A stretch of 64,000 nt of DNA from assembly GCA_023383795.1 (NCBI GenBank), contig JAHDYJ010000004.1:22603-86602 (forward strand), written 5' to 3'. Every line of letters starts with the position of its first letter. Position 1 is the first letter of the stretch. This document shows, piece after piece, positions 46,226 through 54,574 of the stretch. The position numbers and the translations under genes are program-made. The DNA is from Burkholderiales bacterium. GTDB lineage: Bacteria > Pseudomonadota > Gammaproteobacteria > Burkholderiales > SG8-39. The notes beneath the pieces were generated by a model, which worked only from the letters and a program-made list of their open reading frames with translations, did no database searches and had not been told where the DNA came from.

Positions 46226-47880
46226 CCGCCGGCCCGCGCGCGGTCGCAGTACTCCCGCCACATCGCGTCGTACGCCTCCTCCAGGCGCCGCGTGAAGCGC
46301 TCGGCCGCGTAAAGCGGTGATGCGCGGTAGCGGTCACGCAGGCCCGCGCGCAGCGTTGTGAGCCGCGCGGGATCTTCGGCGAGCCGCGCCGCGGCTGCGA
46401 CGTACTCTGCGGCGCTCGTTGCGACGAGCTCGGGCAGCCCGACCGCCGCGAGGATCGTCACGCCGCAGCGGGACATCGCGGAGTTACCGGCGAGCGTGAC
46501 CACGGGAACCCCAGACCACAGGCACTGGTGCGTCGTCGTGCCGCCGTTGTACGGGAACGGGTCGAGCGCGATGTCGATTTGGGCGAGCTGGCCGAAGAAG
46601 CCCGCAAGGTCGGTCCGCCCGCGAACGTCGATGCGCTCGGGTGCGATGCCGTGCGCCGCGAAGCGTGCGCGCACCGCCGCTGCGGCCGGCGGCCGGTCGG
46701 CGTGATCGGCGAGCACGCGCAGGCTGGATCCCGGCACGGCGGCAAGGATCCGCGCCCAGATCGCGACCGCAGCGTCGCTTACCTTGAAGTACTGGTTGAG
46801 CGAGCCGAAGGTCAGTGCGCCGCCCGCGGCGCTCGGCGGGCGGCGGGAGAGCGGCGCGTCCTCGGGCGGCACGAAGCAGAACCCGCACTCGGGCAGGCGC
46901 CAGAGCCGCTCGGTCCCGTACGCCTCGGTCTCGCCGGCGGGATCCATATGGTGGTCGGTGATGCGGTAGTCGACCGCATCGAGGCCGGTCGTCTGCGGAT
47001 AGCCGAGCCAGGTCGCCTGGACCGGCGCGGGCTTGCGCGCGAACACCGGAAGCCGGTGGCCGAGGGTGTGCCCGGAAAGATCCACCAATACGTCGATGCG
47101 ATCGTCCAGGATCTGGCGCTCCAGCGCGTCGTCGTCCAGGGCGTGCACCGGCCGCCAGTGCTCGACGAGGCCGCGCAGACGGGCCGTGGTGTCGTCCGGC
47201 TGCGCCCAGTTGTCGTAGCAGAAGACCTCGAAGCGGCTGCGGTCGTGGTGCGCGAGCACCGGACCGATGAAGAACGCGACCGAATGGCCGCGAAAGTCGG
47301 CCGAGACGTATCCGACGCGCAGCCGCGCCGCTTCGCGCGGCCGTGCCCGTGCCGCGTGGGCGCGGCGCGGCGCGGCAAAACGGCGCGCCCACGCCCGGTG
47401 CGCCTGGAAGACCTCGCGCCGGCCGTGGCCGGGAGCATAGTTGAGAAGACAAAGGAGGCTGTGCTGCCAGGCATCGACCGCGGGCTCGGCCGCGATCGCC
47501 TGCCGATACGCGTGCTCGGCCTCAGCGTAGCGGGCGCGTTCGAACTCGAGCAGTCCGAGGTTGTACCACGCCGCGGCGAGCGTTGGCCGCAGGCGGGCCG
47601 CTTCGCGCAGATGGTACGCGGCCTCGTCCGGCTCTCCGGCCGCGCGCAGCGCGACGCCAAGGTTGCAGTGCACCTCGGGCGACGCGCCCGCCGCGGCAAG
47701 GATCGCGCGCAGCGGTACGATCGCGCCGGGGAGGTCGCCGACGCCCATCGCGCGCTGCGCCGCCACGTAGTGGGCCGACAAGGCCTCGGCTGCGGACGCT
47801 GCGGTCTCGACGGCAGCGACGCGCGCGCGCGAGGCGGACCTGCTCCGCAGCCCGCCGAGCAGGCGGCCGATCAGGGCCAT
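46222..47880 (-). CDS. TPR + GT41 (SPINDLY/OGT-like) glycosyltransferase, paralogue 3
   Basis: Start at MALIGRLLGGLRSR. RVGYVSADFRGHSVAFF, IDVLVDLSGHT, FARKPAPVQATWLGYPQTTG, FGSLNQYFKV, LDPFPYNGGTTT..LWSGVPVVT. Confidence 0.85.
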   Translation of the reverse strand: MALIGRLLGGLRSRSASRARVAAVETAASAAEALSAHYVAAQRAMGVGDLPGAIVPLRAILAAAGASPEVHCNLGVALRAAGEPDEAAYHLREAARLRPTLAAAWYNLGLLEFERARYAEAEHAYRQAIAAEPAVDAWQHSLLCLLNYAPGHGRREVFQAHRAWARRFAAPRRAHAARARPREAARLRVGYVSADFRGHSVAFFIGPVLAHHDRSRFEVFCYDNWAQPDDTTARLRGLVEHWRPVHALDDDALERQILDDRIDVLVDLSGHTLGHRLPVFARKPAPVQATWLGYPQTTGLDAVDYRITDHHMDPAGETEAYGTERLWRLPECGFCFVPPEDAPLSRRPPSAAGGALTFGSLNQYFKVSDAAVAIWARILAAVPGSSLRVLADHADRPPAAAAVRARFAAHGIAPERIDVRGRTDLAGFFGQLAQIDIALDPFPYNGGTTTHQCLWSGVPVVTLAGNSAMSRCGVTILAAVGLPELVATSAAEYVAAAARLAEDPARLTTLRAGLRDRYRASPLYAAERFTRRLEEAYDAMWREYCDRARAGG

Positions 47881-48193
47881 GCAGGAACGTGCGCCGACGA
47901 CGACATGCAACCGCAAGCTATCACGCCGGCACAGGCGCGTCAGTGCGCTATTGCCGGGTCTGCCGGCACGACGCATTCCCCGCTCGTGGCCCGGTCGCGC
48001 GCCGGGCGTCACGCCGCGAGCGCCGCCGCCCGGCGCACCGATCCGCCCGCGGCACGTTCCTGGACGGCGTATTCCTGCCATGTTAACGTTTCCCATGCTC
48101 GGCGACGTTTCGACAAACGCGCGAACACGTGCGATCGCGCCCGCGGGCGCCCGGCTGCCGCCGGTTCGGACCCATGCGACGGCCTCTGCCTGA

Positions 48194-49327
48194 ATGCTCG
48201 GCCGGCTGTTAGCCGCTCTGACCGGAAGACGCGAGCTCCGCGAGGCGCCCGACGGGTCGCACGAGAAGCCGATCGCGCAGCTCCGCGCCGAAGCGGCCGT
48301 CGCGGCCGAACGGGGTCGCCATGCGGAAGTGATTGCGCTGCTGGAACGCGCCGTTTCGCGCGCCGGCGCGAGCGCGGACCTGCTCCTCGATCTCGGGATC
48401 GCGCATTCCCGTGCAGGCGACTACGAGCGCGCGCACGCAGCCTACTGCGCGGCGCTCGAATTGCGGCCCGGATTCCCCGTTGCCCTGGACGCGCAGCTGG
48501 GCGCGGCGTTCGCAAGGACCCGCCTGGATCCCCGGCCGGCCAGCGCGCAGGAACCGGAGCTGCCGCCGCCGCCGCGCGATCGACTGGTCTCCGTGGTCGT
48601 TTGCAGCATCGATCGCGGGAAGTTCGAGCGAGTCGTTGCCGACTTCCACGACCGCCTGGATTCCGTACCCCACGAGATCGTCGGGATCCACGACGCCCGG
48701 TCGCTCTGCGAGGGCTACAACCGCGGCCTCGCGCAGAGCCGCGGCGACATCGTCGTCTTCTCGCACGACGACATCAGGATCGTCTCGCCCGACTTCGCCG
48801 CGAAGCTCTTCGCCAGCCTCGAGCGATGCGACATCGTCGGCGTAGCCGGGACGACGAGACTGCGCTGCGCCGAATGGAACCGGTCGGGCTGGCCGCATCT
48901 GGCGGGGCAGGTCATGCACCTGCAGCCCGGCATCGGCTGGGTGGTGAGCGTGTACGGCCTGCACGACCGGCTGGTCGCCGGAGCGCAAGCGCTCGACGGG
49001 CTGTTCTTCGCGGTGCGCCGCGAAGTCCTCGGTCGCCTGCAGTTCGACGAGGCGACCTTCGACGGCTGGCATTTCTACGATGCGGATTTCACCTACTCGG
49101 CGTTCCAGGCCGGTCTGCGGCTGGGCATCCGCACCGATCTGCTGCTGCGGCACGACTCGCGCGGCAGGTTCGACGAGTCCTATCGTCGATACGCCGCGCG
49201 CTTCTTGCGCAAGCATGGCGCGCAGCTCGCGGGCGAGGACGGCGGAGTAGATCCGCAGCGCCGGGGTCTGCCGGTCGCATCGGAAGAGGACTGGATCCTG
49301 TTGACGCGTCACGCCTACGCGGCGTGA
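48194..49327 (+). CDS. TPR + GT2-like (Glyco_tranf_2_5-type) glycosyltransferase
   Basis: N-terminal TPR (~120 aa), then VSVVVCSIDRGKF...YNRGLAQSRGDIVVFSHDDI, a GT-A fold with a DD(D) motif. Confidence 0.7.
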   Translation: MLGRLLAALTGRRELREAPDGSHEKPIAQLRAEAAVAAERGRHAEVIALLERAVSRAGASADLLLDLGIAHSRAGDYERAHAAYCAALELRPGFPVALDAQLGAAFARTRLDPRPASAQEPELPPPPRDRLVSVVVCSIDRGKFERVVADFHDRLDSVPHEIVGIHDARSLCEGYNRGLAQSRGDIVVFSHDDIRIVSPDFAAKLFASLERCDIVGVAGTTRLRCAEWNRSGWPHLAGQVMHLQPGIGWVVSVYGLHDRLVAGAQALDGLFFAVRREVLGRLQFDEATFDGWHFYDADFTYSAFQAGLRLGIRTDLLLRHDSRGRFDESYRRYAARFLRKHGAQLAGEDGGVDPQRRGLPVASEEDWILLTRHAYAA

Positions 49328-49394
49328 CCTCCCGGTGCGGGAGCGTCCGCCCGGCTTGCGCGCGACGCGCATCGGTCGGCGGCTCGGAGAGGAC

Positions 49395-50513
49395 ATGCGG
49401 ATCATCTGGATCAGCGATACGGCGCCCGCGGGCCTCACGACCGACGCGGAATATTTCGCGGGTCACCGCCTGGCGTCGATGCGCTTTCGCATCGGCGCGC
49501 CGGCGCGCGCGCTCGCGCGGCTCGGCGTCGAGAGCGCCTTCGTCGGTCTCGATACGCCGGCCGTGCTCGAGCACCTGGCGCCCGGGTGCGTCGACGCGGT
49601 GGTGTTCTCCAAGCTGTCCACGCCGCGCGGCCCGACCTACGATGCGTTCACGACCGCCTACCTGGGCACTGCGGATCATGCGCGCGCGCACGGGCTGGCC
49701 GTCGTCGTCGACCTGGTCGACAACGTATTCGCGACCGAGCGGAGCGACTTCTTCGTCGAGCTGCTGGCCCGCGCCGACGCGGTGACTGCCGGCACCGAGC
49801 CGCTCGCCAGGATCTGCCGGCAACACGCGCGGTCGCCGGTGCACGTGGTGGCCGATCCGGTCGAGGGCGATCGGCGCCCGCCGTGTTTCGCGCCGCCGGG
49901 CGCAGGCTTGCTGCGGCGCCTCGGGCTGGCGCGCTCCGCGCCGCCGCTCCGCTTGCTGTGGTTCGGCGGGCAGTACCGCAACTTTCTCGCCCTCGCCGCG
50001 CTCTTCCCGGCACTCGGCGATCTCGCCGCCGAGCGACCCCTCGACCTCGTCGCCGTCATGAACCGCGACGACCGCCTCACGCGCGACTTGGAGGCGCTGT
50101 GCGACCGCGCGCCCGGGCGCATCACGGCGCGCTTCGCCGAGTGGTCGCCCGCGGCCATGGCCGGAGAGCTCGAGCGCTGCCATCTCGTGGTGCTGCCGGC
50201 GGATGCGCACGACGAGATGCGCGCGGTGGCCGGCGCGAACCGCCCGGCGCGCGCGCTGTGGGCCGGGCGGGCGGTGGTCGCGCATCCGCTGCCGGGCTAC
50301 GACGAGCTCCGCGACGCCGCGCTGCTCGACGCCGATCCGGTCGGCGCGATCCGCTGGGCGCTCGCGCACCCCGCCGAGGTGGCGCAGCGGATCGGGCTCG
50401 GCCAGCGGATCGTCGCTGCGCGCTATAGCCCGGAGGCGATCGGCCGCCGCTGGCTCGAAGTGCTCGAGTCGGTCGCGCCGTCCGCCCCCGGCGGGACCGC
50501 ATCACGCTCCTGA
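49395..50513 (+). CDS. GT-B-fold glycosyltransferase-like protein (paralogue of N-domain of 37457-39175)
   Basis: MRIIWISD... Shared blocks LLWFGGQ, CHLVVLPAD, ARYSPEAIGRRWLEVL with the other GT-B-like domain. The family assignment is tentative. Confidence 0.6.
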   Translation: MRIIWISDTAPAGLTTDAEYFAGHRLASMRFRIGAPARALARLGVESAFVGLDTPAVLEHLAPGCVDAVVFSKLSTPRGPTYDAFTTAYLGTADHARAHGLAVVVDLVDNVFATERSDFFVELLARADAVTAGTEPLARICRQHARSPVHVVADPVEGDRRPPCFAPPGAGLLRRLGLARSAPPLRLLWFGGQYRNFLALAALFPALGDLAAERPLDLVAVMNRDDRLTRDLEALCDRAPGRITARFAEWSPAAMAGELERCHLVVLPADAHDEMRAVAGANRPARALWAGRAVVAHPLPGYDELRDAALLDADPVGAIRWALAHPAEVAQRIGLGQRIVAARYSPEAIGRRWLEVLESVAPSAPGGTASRS

Positions 50514-50552
50514 CGCCGCGCGGCAGCGCGCGCGGCCTTGCCCTCCGGCGCG

Positions 50553-52166
50553 CTACGGGCGCGACGTCGATGCGCAGGCGCGACGCCACATGTCGCGATA
50601 GGCGTCCTCGAGATCGCGCAGGAACCCGGGCGCGTCCATCAGCGGCGAGGCCTGCATCCTCGCCCGCAGGCCGCGCTGGAGTGCGCGCAACCGTTGCCGG
50701 TCGTTCGCGAGGGCCGCAGCGATCTCCAGGTATTGCGCGTCGGACTCGGCCACGAGCTCGCGCAACCCGACGTTGCCGAGGATCGACGCGCCGGAGCGGG
50801 CAAAGCCGAGGGCACCCGCCCGGGTGACGACGGGCACGCCGAGATACAGGCACTCGCAGGTTGTCGCGCCGCCGTTGTACGGAAAGGGGTCGAGCGCGAT
50901 GTCGGCGCGACGAATGGTCTGCCAGTAATCCGCCCGCAGCTGGCGCGGCAGCGTGATCACCCGCGACTCGGCGATGCCGCGCTCGCGAAACGGCGCCAGC
51001 AGCGCGGCACGCGCCTCGTCGCTCGGCACGTCCAGGATCCAAAGCTCCGAACGCGGGACGCGCTCGAGCAGTCGCGCCCACAGGCTTACAAGGTCCGGGT
51101 GGATCTTCGTCAGGCGGTTGAAGCTGCCGAAGACGACTGGGGCGTCGTTCGGTTCCGGACGCATCGCGGGCGCGGGCATGTCCGCCCACGGCGCGAAGCA
51201 CCAGAGCGTGCGCGGCAGCCGGGCCAGCCGCTCGGTGTGGAAGGCGTCCGCCGTGCCGGGCGGATCGGCCAGCGCGTCGGTGACACGATAGTCGAACGCG
51301 CGGCTTCCGGTCGTGCCGAGGTACCCGAGATAGCTCACCTGGACCGGCGCAGGCCTGCGCGCGAGCGCGAGCGTCCGACCGCCGCGCGTGAGTCCCGCGA
51401 GATCGACCAGGATGTCCACGCGATGATCGAGGATCGCGTGCGCCAAGGCTTCGTCGGAGGTGCCGCTCACGTCGTACCAGGCGTCGGCGAGCGCGCGCCA
51501 GCGCTGCGTGCGCGCGTCCTCCTTTCCGATCGTCTGATAGCACAGCACCTCGAACGCCGCCCGGTCGCGGTGTGCAAGCAGGGGTTCGATGAAGAAGGCC
51601 ACCGCGTGGTCGCGGAAGTCGCCGGAGATGTAGCCGATCCGCAGCCGGCGCTCCGGATCGGCCAGGCGCGACCGCGGAATCTCGAGGTGCGGCACCGGAT
51701 CGAGGAACCGCGCGGCCACCGCCCGGTGCTCGGCATGGAGCTGCTCGGGCGTCACCGTCGGATCCTGGTTCAGGACGAAGAGGACGTCGGCGGCGCGGAC
51801 GAAGGAGTCCGGCTCGAGCGCCGCGGCCCGCCGCGCCGCCGCGAGCGCCGCATCATAGCGTCCGAGCGCGAGCAGCGCCCCGGCGCGGTTCGCGTGCAGG
51901 CCGGCCACATGTCCGCCGCGCCGCAGCGCCTCGTTGAAGTAGTCGAGCGCCGTGTCGAACTGGAGACGGCGCATGTAGAGGTGCCCGAGCATGCCGAGCG
52001 CGTCGGGACATGCTGGGTCGAGCGTGAGCACCTCCAGGAGCGCCGCCTCGGCCTCGGCATAGCGGTCTTCGCGCAGCGCCGCGAGGCCGCGCTCCAGCAG
52101 CTCGGTCACGCGCGCGTCCGCGCCCCGCCCGGGGCGACCGAGACCGCGAAGCAGGGCCTTGAGCAT
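50553..52166 (-). CDS. TPR + GT41 (SPINDLY/OGT-like) glycosyltransferase, paralogue 4
   Basis: Start at MLKALLRGLGRPGRG. RIGYISGDFRDHAVAFF, VDILVDLAGLT, LARRPAPVQVSYLGYLGTTG, FGSFNRLTKI, LDPFPYNGGATTCE.LYLGVPVVT. Confidence 0.85.
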   Translation of the reverse strand: MLKALLRGLGRPGRGADARVTELLERGLAALREDRYAEAEAALLEVLTLDPACPDALGMLGHLYMRRLQFDTALDYFNEALRRGGHVAGLHANRAGALLALGRYDAALAAARRAAALEPDSFVRAADVLFVLNQDPTVTPEQLHAEHRAVAARFLDPVPHLEIPRSRLADPERRLRIGYISGDFRDHAVAFFIEPLLAHRDRAAFEVLCYQTIGKEDARTQRWRALADAWYDVSGTSDEALAHAILDHRVDILVDLAGLTRGGRTLALARRPAPVQVSYLGYLGTTGSRAFDYRVTDALADPPGTADAFHTERLARLPRTLWCFAPWADMPAPAMRPEPNDAPVVFGSFNRLTKIHPDLVSLWARLLERVPRSELWILDVPSDEARAALLAPFRERGIAESRVITLPRQLRADYWQTIRRADIALDPFPYNGGATTCECLYLGVPVVTRAGALGFARSGASILGNVGLRELVAESDAQYLEIAAALANDRQRLRALQRGLRARMQASPLMDAPGFLRDLEDAYRDMWRRACASTSRP

Positions 52167-53806
52167 CACCGCGAAGCGGGCTCTGCGCCCGCGGCGCGCG
52201 CGCAGGCTTCTCGCCACACGCTGCGGTAAGCGGCTTCGAGATTGCGCATGAAGCGCGGCGCGTCGAGCAACGGCGACGCACGGAGCCGGTCGCGCATTCC
52301 GTGCTGCAACGCGCGCAGGCGTGGTCGATCGAAAGCAAGCGTCGCGGCGATCTCCAGGTACTGCTCGTCGTTCTCGGCCACGAACTCGCGCATGCCGACG
52401 GCTTCCAGGATCGAGGCGCCCGAGCGCGCGAAGCCCATTGCGCCCGCCCTGGTCACGACGGGCACCCCGAGCCACAGGCACTCGCAAGTCGTCGCGCCGC
52501 CGTTGTACGGGAAGGTGTCGAGTGCGATGTCCGCGCGGCGAATCAAGTCCCAGTACGGCTGCGGCGGCAGCCGGCCCCAGGTCCGGATCCGCTCCGCGGC
52601 CACGCCGGCGACGGCGAGGGCGGCGACGAGCCGTTCATGGCTCTCGTCGCTCGGGACGTCGGCGAACCAGAGCTCGGAGTCGGGTACGCGCGCGAGCAGG
52701 CGCCCCCACAACCGCAGCATGTCCGGCTGCACCTTGGCGAGGCGGTTGAAGGAGCCGAATACGATCGGCGCCCCTGCATCGCCGCCGCGCGGCGCCGGCG
52801 CGGGCATCGCGCCGCGCGGACTGAAGCACCATTGCGTTTCCGGCAGGCGGACGAGCCGCTCGCTGTACCACCGGTCCGTATCGCCCGGCGGGTCGGCGCG
52901 GGCGTCGGTGACCCGGTAGTCGATGGCATCGATCCCGGTCGTCGCGAGATAACCGAGGTAGCTCATCTGCACCGGCGCCGGCTTTCTCGCGATCACGTGC
53001 ACGCGGTTGCCGTCGGTCAGGCCCGCGAGGTCCACCAGGATGTCGATCTCGTCCGCCTGGATCAGGGCGGCGAGTTCCTCGTCGGACAGTTTCGCCACGG
53101 AGTGCCAGCGGTCGGCAGCCGCGCGCAGTTCCGCCGTCCGCTCGTCTTCATCGTCGACGGTGTGGTAGCAGAACGCCGCGAACGCGTCCCGGTCCCGTGC
53201 AGCGAGGAGCGGCTCGATGAAGTAGGCGACCGCGTGCGCGCGGAAATCGCCCGAGAGGTAGCCGATGCGGAGCCGTCGCTCGGGGTCGGCCAGGCGCTCG
53301 GCTCCGATCGGCAGCCGCCGAGCGCCGCTCAGCACGCGCTCCATGCACGCGCGGTGTTCGGCCAGCAGCTGCTCGGGCGCCGTTTCGGCCTGCTGGCTCA
53401 GATGGAACAGGAGGGAGGTGTTGAACCGCAGCCCTCGCGGGTCGAGCGCAAGGGCCTTGCGGTAGGCCGCCTCGGCCTCTCGATTTCGCCCAAGCGCCTG
53501 CAGCGCCATCCCGAGGTTGCGGTGGAAGTCCGCTACGGGCAGGTCCCCGCGCAGCGCCTCGCGGAAGTAGTCGAGCGCGGTGTCGTAATGCATGCGCCCG
53601 TAGGCGAGGAGGCCGAGCAGGTTGAGCGCGTCCGGGTTGCGGGGCTCGAGCCTGAGCGCCTCGAGAAAGCACCGCTCTGCCTCCGCGCTGCGCTTTGCCC
53701 GCGCGTGCTCGACGCCCGCTTCCAGGGCAGCACGCACGTCCGCTGCGAGCGCTGCCGGATCGCGCCGCCGCGCGCCCAGCAGGCCGGCGACGAGGCCCTT
53801 CAGCAT
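52166..53806 (-). CDS. TPR + GT41 (SPINDLY/OGT-like) glycosyltransferase, paralogue 5
   Basis: MLKGLVAGLLGARRR... Colinear with paralogue 4, with well over half of positions identical by eye. Its stop overlaps the paralogue 4 start (TGATG). Confidence 0.85.
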   Translation of the reverse strand: MLKGLVAGLLGARRRDPAALAADVRAALEAGVEHARAKRSAEAERCFLEALRLEPRNPDALNLLGLLAYGRMHYDTALDYFREALRGDLPVADFHRNLGMALQALGRNREAEAAYRKALALDPRGLRFNTSLLFHLSQQAETAPEQLLAEHRACMERVLSGARRLPIGAERLADPERRLRIGYLSGDFRAHAVAYFIEPLLAARDRDAFAAFCYHTVDDEDERTAELRAAADRWHSVAKLSDEELAALIQADEIDILVDLAGLTDGNRVHVIARKPAPVQMSYLGYLATTGIDAIDYRVTDARADPPGDTDRWYSERLVRLPETQWCFSPRGAMPAPAPRGGDAGAPIVFGSFNRLAKVQPDMLRLWGRLLARVPDSELWFADVPSDESHERLVAALAVAGVAAERIRTWGRLPPQPYWDLIRRADIALDTFPYNGGATTCECLWLGVPVVTRAGAMGFARSGASILEAVGMREFVAENDEQYLEIAATLAFDRPRLRALQHGMRDRLRASPLLDAPRFMRNLEAAYRSVWREACARAAGAEPASR

Positions 53807-53860
53807 GGTGCCAAGACCACCCTACGCCCGCCGGGCAGCGGCGCGGCGCCGTTGGGATCC

Positions 53861-53895
53861 ACAAAAAGAAACAGGCCCCTCCGCGGAGGGGCCTG
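53861..53895 (-). terminator. Intrinsic terminator of pilA
   Basis: Perfect 24-nt palindrome CAGGCCCCTCCGCGGAGGGGCCTG (53872-53895). On the minus-strand RNA it is followed by UUUCUUUUUGU. Lies 24 nt after the pilA stop. Confidence 0.8.
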
Positions 53896-53918
53896 CCGTC
53901 CGACTGCTGCTGCCGTGA

Positions 53919-54332
53919 TTACCGGCAGGAACCCGGCATGTAGCGCGACGGGGTGCCCGTGCAGCTCCAGGTCAGCGTGCCCGCCGACGTGTTCACGGTG
54001 GGCGTCAGCACCACAGTGACGGCGGTGCCGACGCTCGTCGGCGCGCTGGAGCCCGTAATCGTGACCACGCCGGTGTTGGCGACGGTCGCGCCCAGGATCT
54101 TGCCGAAGGCGACGATCGACGTTCCGCTGCCCATGTTGGCCGAGTCCTGGTCGGCCTGGTACTTCTCGGTGATCGCCGTGCGCGCAGCGCTCGCCGCCAG
54201 GATCAGCTCCGAGACCTTCGAGCGGATCGTGTAGTCCTGATACGCCGGCAGCGCGATCGCCGCCAGGATGCCGATGATCGCGACCACGATCATCAGCTCG
54301 ATCAGGGTGAAACCCTTTTGAATTGCCTTCAT
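53919..54332 (-). CDS. pilA: Type IVa major pilin
   Basis: Class III leader [35 protein letters not shown]-terminal disulfide loop [20 protein letters not shown] Shine-Dalgarno sequence. Confidence 0.95.
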   Translation of the reverse strand: MKAIQKGFTLIELMIVVAIIGILAAIALPAYQDYTIRSKVSELILAASAARTAITEKYQADQDSANMGSGTSIVAFGKILGATVANTGVVTITGSSAPTSVGTAVTVVLTPTVNTSAGTLTWSCTGTPSRYMPGSCR

Positions 54333-54386
54333 TCACTTCTCCTCTACGGTTGATTGCGAGAACTCTGACCCGCCGACCCCGTAGGA

Positions 54387-54401
54387 GCAAGCTGTATGCC
54401 A
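54387..54401 (-). promoter_or_regulatory. Sigma54 (-24/-12) promoter of pilA
   Basis: The minus strand reads TGGCAT-acagc-TTGC, about 55 nt upstream of the pilA ATG. An AT-rich tract (54424-54458) further upstream is a plausible IHF/activator region. Confidence 0.65.
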
Positions 54402-54574
54402 TCGTCAAGGCGAGCATCGGGTGGTATTTAATGCATTGATTTATAAGCTCATTTTTTCGCGCCCCCGGGCCCGGCGGCTGGAACCGTGAACTATGCCGCG
54501 GCGCTGTCCGGCCGCGGCACTCCTGCGAAGTGACGTGCAGCGTCAGTTCCTGACCCATCTTTGCCGGGCTGCGC

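Noticed and set aside
46528-49785. 1085-aa plus-strand ORF crossing three glycosyltransferase genes and a divergent promoter region
   Set aside because: No motifs and low-complexity Arg/Ala composition. It overlaps well-supported genes on both strands.
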